A stretch of DNA of 64,000 nucleotides, from assembly GCA_945873335.1 (NCBI GenBank), contig CAMCCH010000001.1, forward strand, positions 5,904 to 69,903. Reading direction: 5' to 3'. The number at the start of each line of letters is the position of its first letter. Position 1 is the first letter of the stretch. The notes under the pieces were generated by a model. It made no database searches. It was not told the DNA's origin and worked only from the letters and a program-made list of their open reading frames with translations. Below are positions 9,359-17,988 of the stretch, one piece after another. Both the position numbers and the translations under genes were made by a program. Source of the stretch: Bifidobacterium breve. Its GTDB lineage: Bacteria; Actinomycetota; Actinomycetes; Nanopelagicales; Nanopelagicaceae.

Positions 9359-9928
9359 ATGAATAGATCTCTGCTCACGATTCCTAACGCTCTCACTTTT
9401 CTGAGAGCCCTCGGAATTCCACTCTTTCTCTACCTTGCGCTTTCGCTAAAGGCTGATGGGTGGGCGATATTTGTACTCGCCATTGGGGGAGCCACAGATT
9501 ATTTTGATGGAAAATTGGCACGCGCGTGGGGTCAAGAATCACGCTTTGGTGAATTAGCGGATCCCGCAATAGATCGTTTCTACATCGTTGCAACACTTGT
9601 TGCACTCGTTTTGCGTGATGCAATTCCTTTATGGATTCTCATCGTGTTACTGGGACGAGATCTCATTCTGGGAATTCTGACCATCGCTTTGAAAACTCGC
9701 GGCCACGGTCCAATGAGCGTTACCTATTTGGGTAAAGCTGCAACCTTCAACCTCATGTACGCCTTTCCTTTTCTACTTTTAGCCCTACAACAGTCATGGG
9801 TCGGAACTTTGGCATTTATTCTCGGATGGTGTTTTGCAATCTGGGGAATCGCCCTCTACATTTCTACCGGTATCGCATATTTTGCTAAAGGCCTTGATCT
9901 TTATCTTCACGGAAAGCGAGTTGGGTAG
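9359..9928 (+). CDS. CDP-alcohol phosphatidyltransferase
   Basis: TIPNALTFLR, D..DG.LAR...S.FG..AD...D motif, transmembrane segments. Confidence 0.9.
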   Translation: MNRSLLTIPNALTFLRALGIPLFLYLALSLKADGWAIFVLAIGGATDYFDGKLARAWGQESRFGELADPAIDRFYIVATLVALVLRDAIPLWILIVLLGRDLILGILTIALKTRGHGPMSVTYLGKAATFNLMYAFPFLLLALQQSWVGTLAFILGWCFAIWGIALYISTGIAYFAKGLDLYLHGKRVG

Positions 9929-10309
9929 ATGTCACAGATTCCTGATGCATTGCATTACACAAAAGAACATGAGTGGGTAGCTGCAACATCGAATGATTCT
10001 GTTCTTCGTGTCGGTATCACAGATTTTGCGCAGAGCGCTTTGGGTGACATTGTGTATGTGCAATTACCGAAGGTAGGAGAGAGCGTCACTGAAGGAAAAG
10101 TTTGTGGTGAAATCGAGTCGACAAAAAGCGTTTCGGAGATTTTTTCACCCGTTACAGGTTCTGTTACTTCTGTCAACGAAGTCTTAGTGGGAAATCCTGA
10201 AATTATCAACTCCGATCCATATGACAAAGGTTGGCTGCTGGAAATCACTGTAAGCGCACCGGCTTCAGAGCTTATGAGTGCGGCGGAATACGCAACTTTC
10301 ACCGCTTGA
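9929..10309 (+). CDS. gcvH: Glycine cleavage system H protein
   Basis: YTKEHEW, GITDFAQ..LGD, lipoyl site IESTKSVSE, NSDPY..GW. Confidence 0.96.
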   Translation: MSQIPDALHYTKEHEWVAATSNDSVLRVGITDFAQSALGDIVYVQLPKVGESVTEGKVCGEIESTKSVSEIFSPVTGSVTSVNEVLVGNPEIINSDPYDKGWLLEITVSAPASELMSAAEYATFTA

Positions 10310-10354
10310 CCTAACGCCATTGACTCTCTAGTGTCACCCTTAAGTTGAAGGTGA
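10306..10354 (+). promoter_or_regulatory. sigma70-type promoter with overlapping imperfect palindrome (candidate FtsR/MerR operator)
   Basis: TTGACC(10306)-17 nt-TAGTGT(10329); TCACCCTTAAGTTGAAGGTGA at 10334-10354. Confidence 0.55.
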
Positions 10355-10369
10355 TGGGGGTGGAGAGCA

Positions 10370-10828
10370 ATGAATGCAGCAGAATCGCAGAGTGAGCTCA
10401 CATCAACAATCCATCTGGGTGTTAGAGGCGTTACGCATAATTCCCCAGCGAAAACACTCGAAGATTTGTTATCTAGTCTTGACGAAAAATCGCAAGAAAT
10501 CGTGCGAGAAATTGCGCAATCAGCAGGTGATAAGGCAATGGTCGTGATTGCACGCGGTCCTCAAAAAGGATCACGTTTCCTCATCACATCTGAAGGCGTG
10601 AGTATCGGAAGATCGACAGAGAGCGCAATCTTTCTCGATGATGTAACGGTCTCTCGTTCACATGCACAGATAAAGAGAGAAGAAAGTGGTTCATTCGTTC
10701 TAATCGATAATTCGAGTCTGAATGGCACTTACCTCAACAATGTATCGATCCAGAATAATGTCTTGAAAAGCGGAGATGAAATTCAAATTGGCAAGTTCCA
10801 CTTTGTTTTCATTGGTAGTACAAAGTAA
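10370..10828 (+). CDS. FHA-domain protein (GarA/OdhI-like)
   Basis: IGR...IFLDDVTVSRSHA, SLNGTYLN, GDEIQIGKF; N-terminal ELTST resembles the GarA phospho-motif. Confidence 0.88.
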   Translation: MNAAESQSELTSTIHLGVRGVTHNSPAKTLEDLLSSLDEKSQEIVREIAQSAGDKAMVVIARGPQKGSRFLITSEGVSIGRSTESAIFLDDVTVSRSHAQIKREESGSFVLIDNSSLNGTYLNNVSIQNNVLKSGDEIQIGKFHFVFIGSTK

Positions 10829-10881
10829 AAAGTAACAAGCACTAATTATTCGTATCCAATTTCTACAGGGGAGAATTAAAG

Positions 10882-11607
10882 ATGGCAGTTCCAGCGAGAG
10901 CCTATTTGAGCATCGGCGAAGTACTCACAAAGTTACGTGGGGATTTTCCAGATATAACAATCTCAAAGATTCGATTTCTCGAATCAGAAGGCTTGATTGA
11001 CCCGCAGAGAACACCATCTGGTTACCGTAAGTTCACAAGTATTGATCTAGAGAGATTGCGCTATGTCCTCCTGGCCCAGCGCGACCAATATCTACCGCTC
11101 AAAGTCATCAAAGAAAATCTTGATGCGATGGATCGCGGGCTGGAGCCAACTTCAACTATTGGGGGAGTGGCAGCTCCGCGTCCAGTTCTAGGCCTTGCCA
11201 CAATTGATGGCGAGATGGCAGCGAGTTCATTTGGTGCGACTAATGAGATGCGTTTATCTCGCGAAGAACTTCTCAAGGCAAGTGGCCTAACTGAGGAACA
11301 ACTAGTTGAACTTGAGTCATATGCCATGATTTCAATTCGTGGTCGCCATTACGACAGTGATGCATTAGCTGTTGCCAAGGCTGTAACCGAGATGGCAAGT
11401 TTTGGAATTGAATCGCGTCACTTGCGTTCATTTAGATCCGCTGCAGATCGCGAAATTGGGTTGATCGAGCAGGTCATCACTCCATTGACTCGTCAGAAGA
11501 GCGCCGAATCAAAAGCTCGCGCCGAAGAAGTACAACGCGAAATCGCTTCCCTTTCTATTCGCCTCCATGCCGCACTAGTTCGTGGTGGTCTCCACCGACT
11601 TCGCTAA
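10882..11607 (+). CDS. MerR-family regulator (FtsR/Rv1828-like)
   Basis: LSIGEVL..L..DFPDITISKIRFLE.EGL..P.RTPSGYRKF; position after FHA gene. Confidence 0.87.
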   Translation: MAVPARAYLSIGEVLTKLRGDFPDITISKIRFLESEGLIDPQRTPSGYRKFTSIDLERLRYVLLAQRDQYLPLKVIKENLDAMDRGLEPTSTIGGVAAPRPVLGLATIDGEMAASSFGATNEMRLSREELLKASGLTEEQLVELESYAMISIRGRHYDSDALAVAKAVTEMASFGIESRHLRSFRSAADREIGLIEQVITPLTRQKSAESKARAEEVQREIASLSIRLHAALVRGGLHRLR

Positions 11608-12113
11608 TGCTTATTCCGATGGAGGTTGTCGGGGTTCGAATTGAGATGCCCTCCAATCAGCCGATAGTTCTGCTCAAAGAAATTGATGGCTCTCGTTTTC
11701 TGCCAATTTGGGTCGGCAGCGTTGAAGCGAGTGCAATCGCTTTTGCTCAGCAGGGCATGAGTCCGCCTCGTCCGATGACCCACGATCTCATTGGAAATAT
11801 TCTCGACCTTCTTGATACGACGTTGACTGCGATCCATTTGACGGAGCTCGTCGATGGAATCTTCTACGCAACCCTGAATTTGCGCGATGCCTCATCAACG
11901 CTGCTGACACTGTCGGCAAGGCCCTCGGATGCGATTGCCTTGGCACTTCGCACCAAGAGCAACATTTTGGCCACCAGTGAACTCTTAGAGCAGGTCGGTA
12001 TAGAGATTCCAGATCAAGGTGGGGCAGAGGGCGCCGCGGGCGAGGAGAGCCAGGAATTAGAGCGGTTCAGAGAGTTCTTGGACCAGATAAACCCTGAGGA
12101 TTTTGCCGGATAA
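11607..12113 (+). CDS. Bifunctional nuclease family protein (DUF151, Rv1829-like)
   Basis: LPIWVG..EA.AI, RPMTHDL, ARPSDAIALA, FREFLD.I.PEDF. Confidence 0.88.
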   Translation: MLIPMEVVGVRIEMPSNQPIVLLKEIDGSRFLPIWVGSVEASAIAFAQQGMSPPRPMTHDLIGNILDLLDTTLTAIHLTELVDGIFYATLNLRDASSTLLTLSARPSDAIALALRTKSNILATSELLEQVGIEIPDQGGAEGAAGEESQELERFREFLDQINPEDFAG

Positions 12114-12117
12114 GTCT

Positions 12118-12180
12118 AAACCTCAAGTAGAGGTTTCGTTCGTGTCGGTGATTGAATAGAGGCCTTGCGACTCCTACATT
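12118..12180 (+). promoter_or_regulatory. Palindrome plus sigma70-type promoter for the second MerR gene
   Basis: AAACCTC-aagta-GAGGTTT (12118-12136); TTGAAT(12152)-17 nt-TACATT(12175). Confidence 0.6.
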
Positions 12181-12213
12181 TGTCTCATTCCCCAAGAGAA
12201 TCGAGCACTTCCC

Positions 12214-12714
12214 GTGACTTCCCAAGATCTCGAAATTGGCTACCGTGGCGCAACTGCATGTTCCGCCGCAGGTATTACATATCGACAACTCGATTACTGG
12301 GCACGCACCGGTTTAGTTGAACCAAGTATTAGAAGTGCGAGTGGTTCTGGAACGCAACGTCTTTATGGCTTCCGAGATATTTTAGTTCTCAAAATTGTAA
12401 AGAGACTTCTCGATGCAGGTGTATCACTTCAAAATATTCGCACCGCAGTTACTTTTCTACGCAGTCGCGGTGTAACAGAGCTAGAACGTATGACACTGAT
12501 GAGTGATGGCGCATCAATTTATGAATGCGCAACACCGGATGAAGTAATCGATTTACTTCAAGGCGGTCAAGGAGTATTCGGTATTGCTGTGAGTAAAGTT
12601 TGGCATGAGGTTGAGGGTTCGCTTTCAACTCTTGTTGGCGAGATCAACGGCCAGCCTGTTGGTGGGGAAAGTAACGACGAACTTTCGCAACGTCGAAAGG
12701 CGAAAGGCGCCTAA
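12214..12714 (+). CDS. MerR-family regulator (Rv1830-like)
   Basis: GYRG..AC.AAGITYRQLDYWARTGLV.PS, GSG.QRLY, GGQGVFGIA. Confidence 0.88.
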   Translation: MTSQDLEIGYRGATACSAAGITYRQLDYWARTGLVEPSIRSASGSGTQRLYGFRDILVLKIVKRLLDAGVSLQNIRTAVTFLRSRGVTELERMTLMSDGASIYECATPDEVIDLLQGGQGVFGIAVSKVWHEVEGSLSTLVGEINGQPVGGESNDELSQRRKAKGA

Positions 12715-12762
12715 AGACAATACTCTTCACCCTTCCCATTGAAACAATGTAGGGGAGTGGTG

Positions 12763-15618
12763 ATGACGTACAACGGTGAGCGCTTTGAAAAGCGCCATAT
12801 CGGGCCTTCTGGTTCGGACGAGCTAGAGATGTTGGCTCTGCTCGGTTACCGCGATATCGAAACTTTCATCAGTGATGTTGTTCCGACAAATATTCAAATT
12901 TCTAAGAAACTCTCGCAAACTTTAGATTCTGCAAAGAGTGAAGTTGAAGTGATTGCCGAACTTCGCAAGATTGCATCCCAGAACCAAGTTTTTACATCTC
13001 TGATTGGCGGCGGTTACTATGGAACTATTACACCGGCTGTCATTAAGCGAAATGTTCTAGAAAATCCTGCCTGGTATACCGCTTACACGCCGTATCAACC
13101 AGAAATCTCACAGGGACGTTTGGAAGCAATTTTCGCTTTCCAAACAGTGATCTGCGATATGACATCGCTCTCGCTATCTAATGCATCGATGTTAGATGAA
13201 GGTACCGCTGCAGCTGAAGCCATGACCGTTGCAAGACGCACTTCAAAAACCAGTGATGATGCAATTTTTTTGATTGAAGAGAACGTGCATCCGCAAACAA
13301 AAGCAGTTGTACAAACTCGCGCAAAACCATTGGGGATCAAGGTTATTGAAGTTGATGCGGGCCACGTTGCACGCGATGGATTTGATCAAGAATTCTTTGG
13401 TCTATTAGTGCAATATCCAGATACCACTGGAGAAATTTGCGACTACACAAAAGTAGCGGAGTATGCACATTCCAAAGGTGCACTCGTCATTGCTGCAACT
13501 GATCTGTTGGCTTTGACGTTGATCAAGGCACCAGGGGAGTGGGGCGCTGATATCGCAGTTGGTTCTGCCCAACGCTTCGGTGTACCAATGGGATTTGGTG
13601 GACCGCATGCAGGTTTTATGGCGGTGCGTGAAGGTTTAGAGAGATCTCTGCCTGGTCGACTAGTTGGACAAAGCATTGATGCACATGGCAATCCAGCATT
13701 TCGTTTAGCTCTGCAAACGCGTGAACAACATATTCGTCGCGATAAGGCAACGAGCAATATCTGTACTGCTCAAGTTCTGCTCGCAAATATCAGCGCCTTC
13801 TATGCAATGTGGCACGGGCCTGTTGGTTTGCGTGCAATTGCAGAGCGCGTTCATGGATATGCGTCGCGCCTTCAGAGTGCATCAAAGTCTCGCAATCAGA
13901 ATATCTTTGATACTGTAACAATCGATGTGACTGATGCTAATGCGATACATCAGCGTGCAAGAGCGAAGAAGTACAATTTTGGCGCAATTTCAGATACTCA
14001 AATTCGAGTTTCTTTTGATGAAACAACGACGGACAGAACGTTCGCAGAAGTTCTCGAGATTCTGGGCTTATCCGATGCTAAGGCTTCTCGGATTTCTCCG
14101 GCATTCGCACGCACTTCAACCTATCTAACACACCCAGTTTTTAATACTTATAAATCAGAGACATCGATGATGCGTTATCTACGCACTTTGGCAGATCGCG
14201 ATTTAGCACTTGATCGAACAATGATTCCATTGGGCTCTTGCACGATGAAACTCAATGCAGCTACCGAAATGGAAGCAGTTACCTGGCCGGAGTTCTCTTC
14301 CCTTCATCCGTTTGCTCCAGCAGATCAATCAAAAGGCTCACGTTTACTTATCGAACAACTTTCTAAATGGTTAGTCGAGATCACTGGATATGACGCAGTT
14401 TCCCTTCAACCCAATGCTGGTAGTCAAGGTGAATTCGCCGGCCTGCTAGCAATTCGAAATTATCATGATTCACGTGGTGATACTGGTCGAAATATTTGTT
14501 TGATTCCATCGAGTGCTCACGGGACAAATGCAGCAAGTGCAGTGATGGCTGGAATGTCAGTTGTTGTGGTTGATTGCGACGATGAAGGAAACGTTAGTTT
14601 AGAAGATTTGAAGTTGAAGATTGCTCTCAATGCCGCTGCACTTGCCGCCCTGATGGTTACATATCCATCGACTCATGGTGTTTTTGAATCTGCGATCTCA
14701 GAAATTTGCGCGATGATTCATGATGCTGGTGGGCAAGTTTATGTAGATGGCGCAAATCTCAACGCACTTGTTGGAACTGCGCAACCAGGAAAATTCGGCG
14801 CTGATGTTTCTCATCTCAATCTTCATAAAACTTTCTGCATTCCACACGGCGGTGGGGGACCAGGTGTCGGTCCAGTTATTTCGAAGGCACATTTAGCGCC
14901 GTTCTTACCTAACCATCCATTAGATGCAACGGCCGGTCCTGCAACAGGTCCAGGACCGATTTCAGCTGCGCCATTTGGTTCTGCAAGTATTTTGCCAATT
15001 TCGTGGGCCTACATTCGCCTTATGGGGGGAGAAGGGCTAACACATGCAACACAGGTTGCAATATTGAACGCCAATTACATGGCAGCGCGACTTAAATCTT
15101 CATATCCGATTTTGTACACAGGAAGTAAAGGTTTGATTGCGCATGAATGCATTCTTGATCTGCGCGAAACAACGAAAATTTCAGGAGTAACGGTCGATGA
15201 CATTGCAAAGCGATTGATGGACTTTGGTTTCCATGCACCGACGATGTCTTTCCCTGTTGCTGGAACGCTCATGATTGAGCCAACTGAATCCGAAGATGTT
15301 CGCGAGATGAATCGCTTTATTGATGCGATGGTTGGCATTCGCTCGGAGATTCAAGAGATCATCGATGGCAAGCAAGATATTGATGGTTCGCCGCTTCGAA
15401 ATGCGCCACACACCATTGGAGCTATTGCAGCGAATACTTGGGAGCGCACATATTCACGCGAAGCAGGGGCATTCCCAGCAACGATTACAGGTCTTATTCC
15501 GGGTGAATTGATTGGCGCTCGTGGAAAGTATTGGCCAGCCGTTGGACGCATCGATGGCGCCTTTGGAGACCGTAATTTGGTCTGTTCCTGCGCACCTATA
15601 GAGGCATATAGCTCGTAA
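12763..15618 (+). CDS. gcvP: Glycine dehydrogenase (decarboxylating), P protein
   Basis: [38 protein letters not shown] site HLNLHKTF; AGGGGAG SD before ATG 12763. Confidence 0.97.
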   Translation: MTYNGERFEKRHIGPSGSDELEMLALLGYRDIETFISDVVPTNIQISKKLSQTLDSAKSEVEVIAELRKIASQNQVFTSLIGGGYYGTITPAVIKRNVLENPAWYTAYTPYQPEISQGRLEAIFAFQTVICDMTSLSLSNASMLDEGTAAAEAMTVARRTSKTSDDAIFLIEENVHPQTKAVVQTRAKPLGIKVIEVDAGHVARDGFDQEFFGLLVQYPDTTGEICDYTKVAEYAHSKGALVIAATDLLALTLIKAPGEWGADIAVGSAQRFGVPMGFGGPHAGFMAVREGLERSLPGRLVGQSIDAHGNPAFRLALQTREQHIRRDKATSNICTAQVLLANISAFYAMWHGPVGLRAIAERVHGYASRLQSASKSRNQNIFDTVTIDVTDANAIHQRARAKKYNFGAISDTQIRVSFDETTTDRTFAEVLEILGLSDAKASRISPAFARTSTYLTHPVFNTYKSETSMMRYLRTLADRDLALDRTMIPLGSCTMKLNAATEMEAVTWPEFSSLHPFAPADQSKGSRLLIEQLSKWLVEITGYDAVSLQPNAGSQGEFAGLLAIRNYHDSRGDTGRNICLIPSSAHGTNAASAVMAGMSVVVVDCDDEGNVSLEDLKLKIALNAAALAALMVTYPSTHGVFESAISEICAMIHDAGGQVYVDGANLNALVGTAQPGKFGADVSHLNLHKTFCIPHGGGGPGVGPVISKAHLAPFLPNHPLDATAGPATGPGPISAAPFGSASILPISWAYIRLMGGEGLTHATQVAILNANYMAARLKSSYPILYTGSKGLIAHECILDLRETTKISGVTVDDIAKRLMDFGFHAPTMSFPVAGTLMIEPTESEDVREMNRFIDAMVGIRSEIQEIIDGKQDIDGSPLRNAPHTIGAIAANTWERTYSREAGAFPATITGLIPGELIGARGKYWPAVGRIDGAFGDRNLVCSCAPIEAYSS

Positions 15619-15656
15619 GTGAGCCTGTCGTGAGTGGGGATGGCTGATTCTTCTTT

Positions 15657-15684
15657 ACTTTACATAATGTAACTTATCGGCGTT
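15657..15684 (-). other. dif: dif site (XerCD chromosome dimer resolution site)
   Basis: Minus strand reads AACGCCGATAA-GTTACA-TTATGTAAAGT (11-6-11); XerD arm matches TTATGTnAAnT; lies between convergent genes at the strand switch. Confidence 0.88.
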
Positions 15685-15694
15685 AGACCCAAGC

Positions 15695-17089
15695 TCAGTC
15701 GTACACGCGCCGAGCTATAAATCCAAGGATTCCAAGGCCCATTAAGGTCAGCCAGAAGGTCCAATTCCCTAATTTGCTCGCCAAAGTTTGCTCAGAATAA
15801 AGTTTAGAATCTGCAAACAAATGATCTGGTTGATTACTCGTTGTTGATTTCACAATATTTCCTTGAGAATCGATAACTGCTGAAATTCCTGTTGTTGAAA
15901 CGCTGACGAGATCTCGATGGTTTTCAATCGCCCGGATTCTAGAAATCGACAATTGCTGCGCACTTTGGGCACTTGTTCCAAATGTTGCATTATTCGTTTG
16001 AACAACGAGCAAGTTCGATTGGCGACTTATGCGATTAATGTAGGAATCATCGATGAGTTCATAGCAAATAATTGGCCCCAGGACGGCATTATCGACATTG
16101 TGCACAACATCGCTTGTTCCAGGCGAGAAATCTTTCACATCGTCGACAAATGGTGAGAAATACTTGGCAATACTACGAAGTGGGATGTATTCACCGAAGG
16201 GTGTCAAATGCTGCTTGATATATGTCGATACCGCCCCTTTGTTCCACAGTATTGATGCATTCTCTACCTTATTACCAGTACTTAGAACTGCTCCAATGAC
16301 AATGGGTTTATTAGTCAGATTGTTGATTGAAGCCAGCGATCTTTGGACATCAACGTTCTTATACGGATCCACATCGACACTATTTTCGGGCCAAATGATG
16401 ACGTTGTAATCCTCTTTCTCTTCAACGGCTCGTAGCGTCTCTTTGACATGCATGTTGAAAACAACCTTAGCTCTTGAATTGAAATCTAAGCCAAGTTGGG
16501 GAACATCACCCTGCACAAGTAGTGCTCTAAAATTTCCAATCGATTGCATGGATGGCAATGCAGTTACCGAGAGAATAAGAAGAGCGACAACAGAGCCATA
16601 GATTGCGCTGATTTTGAAATCACGCTTGAGAAAAAAGAGAGCGATTCCAATACAGGTAACGACGGATGTAAGTAGTGAGACTCCCCCCATGGCAACCACT
16701 TCTCGATATGGTGCATCTGCTTGGCCAAATGCTAAACGCCCCCATGCAAAGCCTTCGAATGGAAATATCGATCTGATCTGTTCTAGCAATAGAAATATCG
16801 CTGGAAAGAAAACTATTCGCTTTTTGCGCGCCCATGCAAGAGGTAGGAAAAAGAGTGACTCCCCTAAGCAAAGAATGAGCCATGGGATATTGCCTACATA
16901 GGTCGAGCTCCAATGTAGGAGAAATGCATTGAATGTAAATGCCACGATAAAGGTATTGCGAATCGAACGTTTACCTTTATGAAGAATCCAGATCCATAGA
17001 GAGATAGCAAGTGGTGCTAAGTACCATTGCCCAATGGGTGGAAAACTTGCGGATAAGAGCCATCCAGTAAAGATTGAGAGGAGAAGCAT
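15695..17089 (-). CDS. lnt: Apolipoprotein N-acyltransferase
   Basis: N-terminal TM helices; nitrilase-fold motifs IWPEN, YIKQHLTPFGEYIP, ICYE, RAIE, TTGISA. Confidence 0.92.
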   Translation of the reverse strand: MLLLSIFTGWLLSASFPPIGQWYLAPLAISLWIWILHKGKRSIRNTFIVAFTFNAFLLHWSSTYVGNIPWLILCLGESLFFLPLAWARKKRIVFFPAIFLLLEQIRSIFPFEGFAWGRLAFGQADAPYREVVAMGGVSLLTSVVTCIGIALFFLKRDFKISAIYGSVVALLILSVTALPSMQSIGNFRALLVQGDVPQLGLDFNSRAKVVFNMHVKETLRAVEEKEDYNVIIWPENSVDVDPYKNVDVQRSLASINNLTNKPIVIGAVLSTGNKVENASILWNKGAVSTYIKQHLTPFGEYIPLRSIAKYFSPFVDDVKDFSPGTSDVVHNVDNAVLGPIICYELIDDSYINRISRQSNLLVVQTNNATFGTSAQSAQQLSISRIRAIENHRDLVSVSTTGISAVIDSQGNIVKSTTSNQPDHLFADSKLYSEQTLASKLGNWTFWLTLMGLGILGFIARRVYD

Positions 17090-17988
17090 TACCAGCCCAA
17101 TGCAGCAATCATTTTGTCAACTGATGCACCCAGCCCGTATTTCTCCTGAAACTTATAAATCTCAGAGAGATCTTTTGGCTTAGTAGGCATAGCTATTTCC
17201 ATTGAAGGAATAGAAACGTCTCGTGCACAGTGCACCAGAGTTGGCGCAATTTTCAAATAATCGAGCCCTTCTAGAATCTTTTTACTGAGAGCCGGAGCGA
17301 AAGGTGAATCAACTGCTTTAGCTTTCGCAATTGCTTCATCGACATCTGCTGCATTATTCGCAATTATTGCAGCGCCTTTTTCCCCAATACCTTTGACTCC
17401 GGGTAGTCCATCAGATGGATCTCCGCGAAAAATTGCAAAAAGAGCATATCTATCACCAGGGATCAGATATTTATTCGTAACCCATGCATGGTCAACTAAA
17501 TCATGTTGTGAAACTCCCTTTGCAAGATAGACAACCTTTATATCTTGCTTGTCATCAACTAGTTGGAATAAATCACGATCGCCAGTAACAATGCGTATGG
17601 GTCCCTTTTCACGCACAGCAAATGTAGCCATGACATCATCTGCTTCATAATCATCTACACCCACTAATGGAATGCCGAAAAGATCCAATAGATCTAAAAG
17701 GATTGGAATTTGCGCAGTAAGTGTTTCAGGCTCTTCCTCCTCCCCCTCGACATCGAGGCGATTCGCTTTGTAATCTGGAAATAGATCTACGCGCCACGAA
17801 GGTCGCCAATCTCCTTCGATGCAAGCAACAATTCGATTTGGTTTATACATTCCGATCAAACGAGATGTCATATCCAAATATCCACGTATTGCATGGACGG
17901 GCATTCCATCAGGTGCCGTAAGTGTGTCTGGCATTCCGTAATAAGCGCGATACCAAAGAGATGCGCTATCTAAGAGCATCAAAGTCAT
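17089..17988 (-). CDS. Stand-alone 5'-3' exonuclease (flap endonuclease)
   Basis: LLDSASLWYRAYY, YKANR, EADDV, TGDRDLFQL, GDPSDGLPGVKGIGEK. Confidence 0.92.
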   Translation of the reverse strand: MTLMLLDSASLWYRAYYGMPDTLTAPDGMPVHAIRGYLDMTSRLIGMYKPNRIVACIEGDWRPSWRVDLFPDYKANRLDVEGEEEEPETLTAQIPILLDLLDLFGIPLVGVDDYEADDVMATFAVREKGPIRIVTGDRDLFQLVDDKQDIKVVYLAKGVSQHDLVDHAWVTNKYLIPGDRYALFAIFRGDPSDGLPGVKGIGEKGAAIIANNAADVDEAIAKAKAVDSPFAPALSKKILEGLDYLKIAPTLVHCARDVSIPSMEIAMPTKPKDLSEIYKFQEKYGLGASVDKMIAALGW

